DNA of 51,269 nucleotides from Ascoidea asiatica JCM 7603 (GCA_001600695.1 BCKQ01000006.1:992864-1044132); one strand, 5' to 3'; positions 30,527 to 42,275 are shown, numbered from the stretch's first letter. Translations and numbers: made by a program. Notes: generated by a model not told the origin, from the sequence alone.

Positions 30527-32908
30527 TTATTTTTTACGCAACTTTTTTTCCTTGTCATATTCATTTCTTTCATTACCTTCATTAGTATTGATTTCATTAA
30601 CCAATCTGGCCATTTTGGAATGATACTCTGAATACTGTGCTTTCTTATTTCTAATTTGATTTTCAGCAGTAACTTTAGTGTCTCTACGTATTTCACGTAA
30701 GTTAATTTTCTTTTCCTTCTTGATTTGTGCCTTAAGTTTTTGAATCTCTTGCCTATCTCTATTTGGGTCGTAGGATTTTTTATCCGGATTATAATTTTCT
30801 TCAAATTTAGGTGCATATGTAGCAAGAGCCAAAGGTCTGTGATTTTGCAACAATAAGGGTTGATGACCAGCTAAAGCAAATTTACTTAATTTTTCAATTT
30901 TCTCTATTAGTAACGATACATCTTGGAAGCCCGGATACACCATTTTGAGATGTTTTAGAATAGAGGCAAAAGAATCCACGATTTCAAGGAAGGCAGATTT
31001 TTCTTTCCACATATCACAGTATTTACTTACCAAAGAAACAGTTTTTGACAATAAGATTTTTGGATCAAGATTTTCATTATTCAAGTCCGAAATTCGAAGC
31101 TTTGAAGTTTTGAATTCAAATTTGGAATTCAAATCTATGTTAGTTTGCAAGCTAACAGGCAATGAAACTGGAAGAACTTTTTTATCTAGTTGAGATACAT
31201 TGGGCGAAAGGGTAAGCAAAGCCTTTTGTAAAAAAAAAGTTGTTTCAGGCATGTATCTTTTTGATATTCTTTGATATTGAAGCATTAGATCACTTAAGAA
31301 AATACCTAAAAAGACTGAATTTAATGATTTTATAGGAATTTGACTCAAGGATTCTGCAATAACGATAGATGCAAGAGTGACAACAAGATGATAATGATCA
31401 GAAGTTGAATATATTATACCTACTAAAGAAAGAAGTAATAAATCTGAAACCTTTGGGAAATTAGTAGACTCTTCTCTTAATGACTGTATTATTCTTTGAT
31501 GAATTTTATTTATACAATCCCTAAACTTTTGGCATAAATCTTCTTGATATTTAAATGATAATTTCTTCAATATAGTAATTAAGTCATTTTGTGTTTTAGC
31601 ATAAGAAGTATAATTATCTTTTGGAAATGTAGAATCTGCAAGATACAATATATGATCAAGTATTATGGTGGTGAAAACAGAAATTTTTTCTTTATTACCT
31701 AAAGCAAATTTAGGATTATAAATTGTAATGATTTTATTTATTATGATACAATGTTCCTCTAACTCTTTTTTTGTAAGTAAATTTAATAGTTCAGTGTGAG
31801 TATTGGGCATTTGTAAAGATTCTTTGGGAGACTTGGAAACTTCTTTTAATTCAGTTTTCTGTTCTATTTTTGATTGAGATTCATCAATTTGCTTTGAAAT
31901 CTTATTTGAAAGTTTTTCACCAATTGCAAATCCATCTGTTTCATTTTCGCTGTCACTACCAGCCCAGAAATCGCCTAATTCTTCTACACCAGTTTCAGTT
32001 TCTATAGTATTATCCATCCTGTTGCTTCTGGCTTCTTCTATTTGATTTTTTTTGGTCTCTTCTTCTTCCGCTATTTCTTTATCTGTTTTTGTTCTATCGG
32101 CAGGAACAGATCGCCTATCTAGCATAAGACTTTTATATGTTTGATCATAAGAAATATCTTTTTCGGATTTTTCTTTTTTTACTGGCTTTGAATTCTTTTC
32201 TTTACTGGCAGTATGTAAAGTTTCCATAATATTTTCAAACTGATTATCCAAGTCTTCAATTGTATCCAATCTTTTTTCTTGTTCCTTTTGACGCTGATAT
32301 TTATGAAATTTTGCTTTGGCTATTATTTCTTGCATAACTTCACCTTTTGTCTTTTTTCTTGGAGCCTGATCCAAAGGCTCATCTGTACTTGATCTCTTAA
32401 CAGTGTTGGATAAACTTAATTGATTTGATTCATTGTTATCTGACAAACCTAAGTCTCCGTCTTCAAAATCATCTGTCATGGATAATGGTTTTCCTGAATG
32501 AGTTAAGGAATTTAGGTTATAATTATCTTCATCATCATATAAATTATCATCATTATCTATATTGTAAATTGATTTTTTACTAGAATGTTGTCTTTCTCTA
32601 GTATAACGTTGTAACATTTTTTCCTCATCAGGTATGTTGGGATTGTTTTCACCAAAACGACGATCAACAAAAGCACCAACCTTATTACGTCTTGCTAATT
32701 TTTGATTAAAATCCAATTTTAACGCATCTTGTATTCTCTGTTTAGAAACTCCTGGTCTTCCTTTAGCATTATTGTTAAAATTAACAATATCAATCTTTTT
32801 CCGATTGAATTTTAAATCAAAAGGATTAGGTTCACTTCGTATTTTTGCAATAAGTTTGGCCTTGGGATCGTCAAAATCCCCTCTTCTTTTTTTCCCTTTC
32901 TTACCCAT
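30527..32908 (-). CDS. NOP14: Nucleolar protein Nop14
   Basis: NPFDLK, FVDRRFGE, EEKMLQRYTRERQ, LTHSG, KKTKGEVMQEIIAKAK, PADRTKT, STSDHYHLVVT, APKFEENYNPDKK. Confidence 0.97.
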   Translation of the reverse strand: MGKKGKKRRGDFDDPKAKLIAKIRSEPNPFDLKFNRKKIDIVNFNNNAKGRPGVSKQRIQDALKLDFNQKLARRNKVGAFVDRRFGENNPNIPDEEKMLQRYTRERQHSSKKSIYNIDNDDNLYDDEDNYNLNSLTHSGKPLSMTDDFEDGDLGLSDNNESNQLSLSNTVKRSSTDEPLDQAPRKKTKGEVMQEIIAKAKFHKYQRQKEQEKRLDTIEDLDNQFENIMETLHTASKEKNSKPVKKEKSEKDISYDQTYKSLMLDRRSVPADRTKTDKEIAEEEETKKNQIEEARSNRMDNTIETETGVEELGDFWAGSDSENETDGFAIGEKLSNKISKQIDESQSKIEQKTELKEVSKSPKESLQMPNTHTELLNLLTKKELEEHCIIINKIITIYNPKFALGNKEKISVFTTIILDHILYLADSTFPKDNYTSYAKTQNDLITILKKLSFKYQEDLCQKFRDCINKIHQRIIQSLREESTNFPKVSDLLLLSLVGIIYSTSDHYHLVVTLASIVIAESLSQIPIKSLNSVFLGIFLSDLMLQYQRISKRYMPETTFFLQKALLTLSPNVSQLDKKVLPVSLPVSLQTNIDLNSKFEFKTSKLRISDLNNENLDPKILLSKTVSLVSKYCDMWKEKSAFLEIVDSFASILKHLKMVYPGFQDVSLLIEKIEKLSKFALAGHQPLLLQNHRPLALATYAPKFEENYNPDKKSYDPNRDRQEIQKLKAQIKKEKKINLREIRRDTKVTAENQIRNKKAQYSEYHSKMARLVNEINTNEGNERNEYDKEKKLRKK

Positions 32909-32988
32909 TATCTTTTAATATTTTTAGTATATTTATTGTTATTCTTTTTACTATTCAGAAAAAATATTCAAATAAGGTCTGTCAAATT

Positions 32989-32998
32989 TGAAAATTTT
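32989..32998. promoter_or_regulatory. RRPE element upstream of NOP14
   Basis: TGAAAATTTT about 80 nt upstream of the NOP14 ATG; typical of Ribi genes. Confidence 0.55.
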
Positions 32999-33353
32999 TA
33001 GTTTTTCTAACTTTATTATTACTGAACCATAGACCTACTTAAAAAATAAAAAAATTAAAAAATTAAAAAAATAAAAAAATATTTTTGATCAATATTCCGC
33101 CAGAAAATTCCGTTAGCTTAAATCCGTACTTGCAATATTCCCAAAGCAGAATATCCGGATTATCTAATTATTAAATGTTGAATTGTTTAGGACGTAGACC
33201 GTGATAGTTTAGGTCAAGCCTCTATTATTTAACATTTTCATAACGCTACCCTTGAGTTTCAAATATACTTTCAAATCTACAGTAAAACGTTACCAGTATT
33301 AAATTGACTAGAAAAATTTCGTTTCTGTATTTGTTTCTAAATAAAATTCAATT

Positions 33354-34520
33354 TTACTTGGTCTTTTTTTCATTTTTAATAGTATTTCTGCTAGCATAGC
33401 TATACAACCCAGCTCCAATAAAAACAAAAACACTTCCAATTTTACATAAAGGATGAAGCTCATTGCCAAACATACACACACTTAATATTAAACTTACAAA
33501 TTTTCTCACCAAAAGAACGATTGAAACTGTCAAAGCATTTGTGGCACTGGCCAATTTATTTACTCCTCTTATACAAAGATTCTGCGTAAAGCAATTAATC
33601 ATTAAGTACAATATGGATTTGGAAATATTTAGATTCTGCGTTCCATATAATTTCAAGGAAAAAGCTTGATTATTATCCACAATCTTTTGAAACTCATTGA
33701 TTAATGGCCTATAAAAAACGATGAAGAATGGCAACCCAAAAAAATGCTGATAAAATAAACTCTCTTGCCAATGCTTTCCATAAAGTTTATATGTGTTTTC
33801 TGTAAATAAACCATTGAATGCAATAATAATTGATGATATCATCAATAATGTAACACCAACATAAAAGCTTGTTAAATGATCATAATCTACCAACGATGAG
33901 TTTGTTAAAGAGGATTTTTTTGAATTATTTAAATAATTTCCGATTGTAGCTAAAAATATACCAAAGGTCAATATTAAGGCTGACATTATCTGCTTAAAGT
34001 TATATCTTTTATTTGCAAAAAAATATCCAGTTATCATTGTTATTACTGTTCCTGAAGATCTGAAAATAATATGAATTGGTACTGATATATTGAATGTTAA
34101 TGCCATATTATTCAAATTTGATGAAATAAAAAACATAATAACATTTACCAAATTTCTTTTTAATGGAATCTTGTTTTTTTTCAAATATAAAGTTGAAATG
34201 CAACCATTTTTATCAAAGTTATTATAATATCCAATTGCCGAAATAAATAAAAATTGAGAAAAAGTTATCAAATGGCCTATTAAAACGCATTCCAAATAAA
34301 TTCAAAGTCAGTTAGTTTAAACAATATATCCATAAGTTGTTTTATCTTTAAATTGAGTAAAAAATATAAACTTACTAGAATCAGGTATTTCATGATAAAC
34401 TTGCTCAAGAGAAAAAACATTAGAACAACAACCTCCAAAAATTAAACTAGTTATAGGTACCCATTGAAATAAAGCAGTTATTAATGAAAGTATAATAACC
34501 TCTTCTCTTGCTTCCTCCAT
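33354..34520 (-). CDS. YEA4: UDP-GlcNAc transporter (Yea4/SLC35B4), 2 exons (34520-34376, 34276-33354), 355 aa
   Basis: IFGGCCSNVFSLE in exon 1; GTAAGT..ACTAAC..TAG intron; exon 2 HLITFSQFLFI, ISVPIHIIFRS, WQESLFY.H, CIRGVNKL, LVRKFVSL; C-terminal KKTK dilysine motif. Confidence 0.95.
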
Positions 34521-35373
34521 TTTTCAATGGGCTTTTATTTATATGAAAAAAGTAAAATAGAAAAATATTAATCATAAGAGTGATTAATGCCTTTCGGATT
34601 GAAATAAGTCTAATATTTCGGTTAAATTAAGTTTTAGAATGGTAACTAAAGTTTTGCGACTTGTTCTTTCAGTGATTTTTTCATTGGGTTGAAAAGTGTG
34701 CTAGCATTACGGAGAAAAATGAAAACCTAAGAAAAATTCAGATCCTAAGACCTTCATTTATTTGTAATTAAATGGACAAAGTATTAAAACTACAATAAAA
34801 AGAAATTCTAGATTAAATATTGAAATGATATTAGATTATAAATAAATATCTAATGAAAAATTAGACAATGAGAATTAAAAAGTATAAAGAAGACAAAAAT
34901 GGTTATAATAATAAAATATAAAAAAGTAAAATAAATTTGAAAAAAAAATGAAATTGATAAAAATATAGTAGTTTTAATTTTTTTTTTTTTTGTAGTTTAA
35001 ACCGAACCTAATGAAATACAACCGATAGTATATGCAACAAAAATATCAAAGAAATTTCTTTGAATAAGATTAAGTCATTTTTAAATTGCAAAGAAAATAG
35101 CTTGAATAAGCTGTAAATATAGTAGAAGAGAAATTTTGTCTAACGCCCATATAACTAGGATTTAAAAAAATAATGCCAAAGAATTGATATAATACACCAA
35201 TGAGGAGATGAAAGTAATGATATAACAAAATTGAATAAAAAAAGTATCAAGAAGTCATGGCGTCTAATTATGAATAAAAAGAGGTAACAAATAGAATGAA
35301 AGAACCTTAATGAATTTTTCAGATTAATGAAAGATGATGAAAAATAATGCAAATTAACGAGAATTAACTGAAC

Positions 35374-36585
35374 TCATTGAAAATCAGAATAAGATAAAGG
35401 AGCAGGTCTTTCATGAACTAAAGTATTTTGAATAATTTCTAAAGCAGACATTTGTTCACCAAGGCCATACCATCCATCCCATTTTCCCATAGTCCAATCA
35501 ATACCACAGGTAACATTATCTGAGCCTCCAGAACATGATTCAGCTGCACCTTGAGCAGAAGCTTGAATTAAAGGATCTATTGTAGAAGCAGTTTGAGGAA
35601 CCAAAACAGAAGTTAAAGCTAATAATCTTGAAAATAGAGATTTAAAAGATCTTTGATCAGTATTACAAACAGATTTACCATTAGATTTTTGACATTCTTG
35701 TTCATACATAACTTTATCATCAAAGAATATTTCAACAGCTTTATTTAATAATTTATTTGTACGATCTAACCAAATTGATTCACCAGTATAATTATAAAGA
35801 TAAGCACAACCAGCCATATAAAGACCATAATTATAAGTCCATTCTTTATCAGTAATATCAGTACAACCTGTATAAATATGAGCACCATCATGAATAGTAA
35901 TTGTATCATCATCTTCAGATAAAAATTCAACATCTTCAGTCCATTCCCAAATATAATCAGCAATATAAGTATATCTTTTTAAATTGTTAAATCTTGCTAA
36001 TCTTGCAGCTAATTGAAATAAACAACCATTACTAACGGTATTTTTATAATCATAACCAGTTAAAGAAGGATACATTTGCCATCTTAAACCACCACCACAT
36101 TCATCATCCCATCTTGAGAACATTGAATTAAAAATATTTTCAGCTATTTCATTCCATGAATAATCAACACCAGCGGTAGATGGTTCAATGAAATTTCTTT
36201 CCGCGGCAGCCATGACAGCAACAGCCCAAACACCTTGATCATCATTACCTTCAGCGTCAGTTTGATTATCTGGAACATAATCATAATTATCACCAGCTTG
36301 ATGAATCATTGCATCGAAAATAATTGATTCATATTTAGTATCTTGACAATAATACCACATATCTAATAAAGATCCAAAAGCTTCACCAGCTTCCCACCAA
36401 TAATACGGCTGTTGAAACATTCCAACAGTACCACCAGATCTTGTACCAAGATAATAATCCATTAATCCTTCTGATATTGTTGAGGCGGCATCGCAAATTG
36501 AATCTTTACTTGAAGTATCTAAATCAATTGCAAAAGAAGTTGATAATAATGTAACAGCGGTTGAAAGTAATAAAGATAACTTCAT
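35374..36585 (-). CDS. DFG5: GH76 alpha-1,6-mannanase/transglycosidase of the Dfg5/Dcw1 family, signal peptide present, GPI tail absent
   Basis: GGTVGMFQQPYYWWEAGEAFG, catalytic EGNDDQGVW, CGGGLRWQ, YKNTVSNG, WTYNYG, DQRSFKS, GLGEQMSALE; DFG5 versus DCW1 is tentative. Confidence 0.9.
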   Translation of the reverse strand: MKLSLLLSTAVTLLSTSFAIDLDTSSKDSICDAASTISEGLMDYYLGTRSGGTVGMFQQPYYWWEAGEAFGSLLDMWYYCQDTKYESIIFDAMIHQAGDNYDYVPDNQTDAEGNDDQGVWAVAVMAAAERNFIEPSTAGVDYSWNEIAENIFNSMFSRWDDECGGGLRWQMYPSLTGYDYKNTVSNGCLFQLAARLARFNNLKRYTYIADYIWEWTEDVEFLSEDDDTITIHDGAHIYTGCTDITDKEWTYNYGLYMAGCAYLYNYTGESIWLDRTNKLLNKAVEIFFDDKVMYEQECQKSNGKSVCNTDQRSFKSLFSRLLALTSVLVPQTASTIDPLIQASAQGAAESCSGGSDNVTCGIDWTMGKWDGWYGLGEQMSALEIIQNTLVHERPAPLSYSDFQ

Positions 36586-37302
36586 TTTTTCTTTATATTG
36601 CTAAGTTAATTGATTTATGAAATTTAAAGCGTTAAACTTTTTTTTTAATAGAAATATATTTGAATATAATATTTTAATTGAATAGTTAAAATTAATGTAT
36701 AATGATAGATAATTTTCAAATTATTATATGAAAAATACTAAATAGACTATATTTTGAATTTTAGTTTGAAAATAATTGAATTGAATTGAATATATTGTTT
36801 TGTTGATAATAAGAGAGAATAAAATAAATTTAAAGTAAATAAAAAAAGAAAGAGAGATAAGTTTGTATTTATAATATGATGTTTTTGAGATTAAGACATC
36901 AAGTTGATATTATTATCAATACATAAAAAATAGAAAGTAGAAAAAAGTTAAAATAGCCATATGATAAAATGGGATGTGGAAAGAAATGCAGTAAAAATGA
37001 ATTGCCTGAGGTTGAAAATAATTGATTTATTTTTAGCCTAAGTTTAAATCACACTTTGCTCCCATTCATGATTCCATTTATATTAGCAATTATATTTATA
37101 TATGCAGTCCTACTTTATATTTTCATTTTCATTTTCATTTACGTAACTCCACTTAAACATTATAAAATTATTCGGTGTGGTTAATGATGGGATATTCTTA
37201 GGGAACCTGATCCATGTAGCATTTTGTAGCATTGTAGCTTTGTAGAAGAGAAATTCAATGAACTTACATTGCTACCAAATTTGATACGTTACTGGTGCTA
37301 CT

Positions 37303-37350
37303 GCTATTGCTATTGCTATTGCTATTACTATTACTATTACTATTACTATT
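37303..37350. repeat. Compound hexamer microsatellite (GCTATT)4(ACTATT)4
   Basis: Read directly. Confidence 0.9.
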
Positions 37351-37412
37351 TGCTTAGATTATAAAGGTTTCATTAGATCTTGCTATATCTTATTAGATCT
37401 GAGAGTAAATGC

Positions 37413-37459
37413 TTCGATCTAATTCGATCTAATTCGATCTGATTTGATCTGATTTGATT
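37413..37459. repeat. 10-bp tandem repeat TT(C/T)GATCT(A/G)A, about 4.7 copies
   Basis: Read directly. Confidence 0.85.
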
Positions 37460-39340
37460 AATATAATCAATAAATAATAATAATACAAACCGCTGACTTT
37501 CTTTGTTTAAGTTACCAGAATATATTTAGTATATTAAGTGAAAAAACTTCAGTTACGTAATGGAGAGTATTTTTAGCCTGTTTGTTCTCAGTTGGCCCGG
37601 TGAGTGCAGTTTGATCCACACGCTTTTCAGTCTATGTACGCGTGCAGCCGTTAATGCAGGCAAAACATCTACCTGCACCGCCACCCTTGCCAACAATAAT
37701 AGTCGATACAACTAGACTTGAGCTACTCGAGCTTTTCCTCATCGACAAATTTCAAATAGTAGTCAAAATATACTCGAGCTTTATTCCAAACAAATTCCAC
37801 TTGTTTATCAATTGTTTTTCTAAGTGTATCCATATTTACTTTTATAGACACAAATCATAAGAACGTATCTGCTTTTTATGTTATTGACTAACAGAAAATG
37901 CTTTTCAAGAAGAATAAGTTTCTACTGTGAAATTTTCTTTTTTTTTTGCTTCTTCCGCTTAAAGGCTAATTCAATTTACCTAGTTCTTTTGAACGCTTGT
38001 ATTAGTTTTATTATATAATCATGAGTTTGAGATATTCCCATGCTTTAAGTTGTTATTTAAGAAATTATCATAAATCATCTCTACTTGTACATTTATTTTT
38101 GTTTTTCCCTCAACACATTTTTAAACATGTTGATATTTATAAAAAAAAATGACTCTAACTATATTGATTTTTTTATTTTATTGTATAAATAGATGAAAAT
38201 CAATGCTATGATTCAAAGAAATCTTTTATTCAGTACTTACTCTAAGAATTTATAGTTAGACCTATACGATTTTTTCAAAACTAAAAAACGAGCAAATAAA
38301 AAACCACAAACTTTCGGTAAAATTTAGTATGGCATTCATTACGTACATGCTTAAACCATATGACATATTAAAACTCAAAGTAAATTAATAATAGCGTTGA
38401 ATATTTTTTACTCTTTTTCCTTAGCCACTTGAAATATACGATACAATAGCGGTTGTATTAAAACACATGGTTCAAAAAGATATAATTAGTGATTTATAAT
38501 TTGAAATCTATATTTAATAAAATAAATTTTTTTAACTAACTCTTTTAGTGAAAAATCAAAAATAATTTGAATCATTGTTTTGAATAGCAAATATTGTAAC
38601 AGGAAAGAACAATAACTGCAATTTTGAAGCAAAAATCAAAAATAAAATAATACTTTATGTCATTAATTATAGAAACAGCTATTATGATTATTGCAGTTCT
38701 TATTATACAGTATAACCCAGATAAAGATAACTATACTGATGATTTGCTAATATTGAAATTAATTCTCATCGCAATAGTCCCAAAATTATATAAATAGCAG
38801 ATCATTGCTTAAATTTATAAATTATTTCCTGTAGAAACTTCTACTTGTATTATATTGCACTGTATTCTTTTAAAATCTTGGTAAGTTTCTTTCGATTTTA
38901 GTAGAAAACCTGTCTAAATGATTAGCGTGACTGATCAGCAGCTAAATGCTCTTGCCTTAGCTCCTTAAGTTACGAGCCTTGGATATAAGTAAGGGTCCTC
39001 ATCTCCTTCCTCCTACAAATCTACCATTTGCTATTTACCATTTGTTATTTGCTATTTTTGATTTTGTCACCCCGGAAAGAAAGCGTAAAAAGCGTGTCCC
39101 ATGATTTATACAAGTCCTACCCGAACCTTGCACCAGAATAAAATTTGTTTTGCACTAAATTTGTAAAATGATTACGTGAGCTATTACTAATATCACGCTC
39201 GATTATGTTTCTTCTTAAAGTTACAAAGTTTTTATTCTTTTTTTTCTGAAATATCAAAACATTGGTGAAAGGTATTTTCAAATGATGAAATATAATAGAT
39301 TTTAGAATCATTCAATTCAATAATGAGATTGCTTTGAAAA

Positions 39341-41131
39341 ATGTTCTCAGCAAAGTATAATATAAAACAATTGTATTATTTTCGACATATATCTAAATGT
39401 GCTTCCAATTCAACTCACATAAGTTCTAGTATCTTGAGAAAAAATTCCCCTTCATCATCAAGATTTTTCTCATCTTTTTCAAGTTCTTATAATAAATCTG
39501 AAGAAAATTCAAAAGAAATCTTAAATGAAATTTTGAAACCAGAAGAAAACGAAGAGAAGGAAAAAAAGCAAAATGATCTTAGATCTGAAATTTCTTCTGG
39601 TTCTCAACTTAATAATCGTTCTGATATTATTAGTGAAATAAATAATATTGATGATTTACTTCAAAATATAACTCCTATAGATAGTCATGTAAATAACTTA
39701 TCTTCCGAAATAAAACCGGAACTAATAGATAGATCAAATTATTTTTCTCTTAACCAAGATAATAATAAAGATTTAAAACTTCATTCAAATAGTAATATTA
39801 TAAATAATTCAAACAAAAAAAAGAAATTAAAAAAAATCAACTTTGATTATAAATCAAAAACATCTGAACAATTGGATATTGTTGATTTTTTAAAACAAAT
39901 TTCTCCAAATAATTCAAATTTATCATCGTCATCATCATCGTCATCATCATCCAATAATTTAAAAAATCCAAAACCTTTATCACATCTTAATTTAAAAAAT
40001 GATAATGATGAAAGCTTATCATTTGAAGATAAAAAAAAAGATTTATTATTTGAAAAAAAATTATTTAATGATGTATTTACAGATATATCTTCAAGATCTT
40101 TATTTAATAATTATTCAGTTGAAAAAGATACATTAAATAATGAATTTAAAAAAATTTTTCAAAAAACTTTAAATGATTCAAAATTTTCAATATCAAAAGA
40201 TATTAATTCAAATAAAAATTTAAAAGAATTTGAATTATCAAAAATTCAAATTGATGAATTAAATAAAAAAATTAGTTTATCTGAATTAAAACATTTGAAT
40301 TCTTTAAATTTATTAAATGAAAATATTAATAAAAGTTTATTAAAAACATTTAATTATATTGAAAATGAATTAAAAACAAACATTGATTTTATTAATTTTA
40401 TAAATAATAATATTATTAAAAGATATATTAAAAAAATTAATGAAAAAAAATTAAATAATAATAATAATAATATTGGTAATATTGGTAATATTAATAATAT
40501 TAAAGAAAATAATTTTAAATTATTTGAAAGAATTAAAAATGAATCAAATTTAAATCCATCATTACCATTAATAACAAATGAAACATTACCAATATTATTA
40601 ACAAAAAGTTTTAAAATATTTTATGAAAAATTTAATATTAATAATTTAAATAAAAGTAATACATCAGAAGATATTTTTACAATATTTTATAAAATTAAAA
40701 AAAATGATTATAAATGTTTAGAATTATTTATAAATGGATGTTCAATAGATTTATATAATTTATTAATTTTTATAAATTGGGAAAATTTTAAAGATATTTC
40801 AAAAATTGAAAGTTTAATTTATGAAATTAAAATTAATGGAATTTTATTTAATAAAAATTCATTAAATTTATTTAAAAAAATTGCAAATGAATGTAAGAAT
40901 TTATTAATTAATAAAAAAAGTATATTCAATGAAGTAAATGAAATTAATGAAGCAGGTGAAATGGATAAGAGTTTTAAATTGAATGAAGAAGATATGTATG
41001 AAGAAGTTCATACAATTATTTGGAATGAATCAGATCAAAAATGTTTAGTTGATATTTTTTCAATTATTGAAAATCTTGATTTAAAGTTAGAAAGATATGA
41101 AAAATTAAAATTTGATAATCTTTTAAATTAA
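39341..41131 (+). CDS. MTF2: Mitochondrial Mtf2/Nam1-family protein
   Basis: Ser/Arg-rich mitochondrial presequence; C-terminal PLITNETLPILL..F..IF..IKK..FINGCSIDLYNLLI..NWENFKD...I..LI.EIKINGI matches the Mtf2-like domain. Confidence 0.75.
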   Translation: MFSAKYNIKQLYYFRHISKCASNSTHISSSILRKNSPSSSRFFSSFSSSYNKSEENSKEILNEILKPEENEEKEKKQNDLRSEISSGSQLNNRSDIISEINNIDDLLQNITPIDSHVNNLSSEIKPELIDRSNYFSLNQDNNKDLKLHSNSNIINNSNKKKKLKKINFDYKSKTSEQLDIVDFLKQISPNNSNLSSSSSSSSSSNNLKNPKPLSHLNLKNDNDESLSFEDKKKDLLFEKKLFNDVFTDISSRSLFNNYSVEKDTLNNEFKKIFQKTLNDSKFSISKDINSNKNLKEFELSKIQIDELNKKISLSELKHLNSLNLLNENINKSLLKTFNYIENELKTNIDFINFINNNIIKRYIKKINEKKLNNNNNNIGNIGNINNIKENNFKLFERIKNESNLNPSLPLITNETLPILLTKSFKIFYEKFNINNLNKSNTSEDIFTIFYKIKKNDYKCLELFINGCSIDLYNLLIFINWENFKDISKIESLIYEIKINGILFNKNSLNLFKKIANECKNLLINKKSIFNEVNEINEAGEMDKSFKLNEEDMYEEVHTIIWNESDQKCLVDIFSIIENLDLKLERYEKLKFDNLLN

Positions 41132-41284
41132 AGATTTTATAATTTCTTGTATATACAATAGTTTATAGTAAATTAATTAAAATAAAGTAAAATGAATGTA
41201 TATTATAATGAGATAATTCTTTTTTATTTCATTGTTTATTGTCTATGTACATGATTTTTTAATGAATGAATTATTATGTTGTTA

Positions 41285-41743
41285 TTATAAGCTTGGCATT
41301 GTAAGAATTTCTTTTTCTTCATTTTTACTTGTCTTTTGAAGTAATTTTAAAATTTTTGAATTTTTCCATTCTTCAGGTAATGGAGTTATTTTATAATTTT
41401 CAGTAACCCAATAATAAATATCCCAATCATTTAAATCTAATAATTTATCATATTCACATAATTCTTCATAATTTAATTTTTTTAAATAATTTTTTGCAAA
41501 TTTAGATAATAAAAGATCAGTTTCTAAAATACCTCTTTTTCTTGATTGATATAATAATCTTGCTCTTTTAGTTTCTATTGGTTCATTTGGTCTTGGAATA
41601 GGTTCTATTTTAATATCAATAGTTTTAGTACTATTTAAATCATTAGAAGTAGTATGAAAAGCATTGCATTGAAGTCTACTCTTAGCCAAAGTATTGGAAG
41701 CTAACTTGAGTAATTGGGAAGTTCTTAATACACTTGGAAACAT
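41285..41743 (-). CDS. SDH5: Succinate dehydrogenase assembly factor 2 (Sdh5/Emi5), 152 aa
   Basis: [41 protein letters not shown]; likely start MFPSVLR at 41743 gives a mitochondrial presequence. Confidence 0.96.
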   Translation of the reverse strand: MFPSVLRTSQLLKLASNTLAKSRLQCNAFHTTSNDLNSTKTIDIKIEPIPRPNEPIETKRARLLYQSRKRGILETDLLLSKFAKNYLKKLNYEELCEYDKLLDLNDWDIYYWVTENYKITPLPEEWKNSKILKLLQKTSKNEEKEILTMPSL

Positions 41744-42051
41744 TATGAGGTCTTGCAAAGGTTTCTGTCTGACAGTATTCCTACTCCTATTATGATTATT
41801 GCTATTCTTCTTCTTCTTATTATTGTTTCTTGTTATTATATTGAGTTCTTTCAAAAAGCTCTGCTTCAATCTCACGATATAAAATTCAATAACGAACCCA
41901 CCCAGACCGATGACAATCTCCAGTACAGAAGAGCATGGCACGTGGCAAACATTCACCATGATAATGGATCCTTGTTTTCAGCAGATTGCGGTTGTGTCAT
42001 TGTCTGGGAGGATACAAACGTAAAAGAAAGAACGAAAGCAAGAAAGAAAGC

Positions 42052-42275
42052 AAGTAGCAAAGTAGCAAAGTAGCAAAGTAGCTCGATTACGTAACCGCCC
42101 CCAGTTTGCTGTTGTCGTGCCCTTGCTCTTTTGTTCCAGGCAAAGCAGAGCAAAGCAGAGCAAAGAAGAACCAGAGAGCTCTCTGCTTACGTAATGCCAC
42201 CACCCTCACTCTGTTTCTCTCCCTAGCTAGCTAACTACCTAGCTAGCTAACTACCTAGCAGCTTAACTACCTAGC
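42052..42275. repeat. Three short tandem-repeat arrays in the SDH5/CDC55 divergent promoter
   Basis: (AAGTAGCA)x4 42052-42082; (GCAAAGCAGA)x2.5 42140-42165; 16-bp (CCTAGCTAGCTAACTA)x3.4 42222-42275. Confidence 0.9.

Noticed and set aside
37638-37643. Single MCB element ACGCGT
   Set aside because: One copy about 1 kb from the nearest ATG; not enough to assign cell-cycle regulation
42222-42275. CRISPR-like, telomeric or transposon-end interpretation of the tandem repeats
   Set aside because: Contiguous repeats without spacers in a eukaryote; no transposase, LTR or terminal inverted repeats seen in the window
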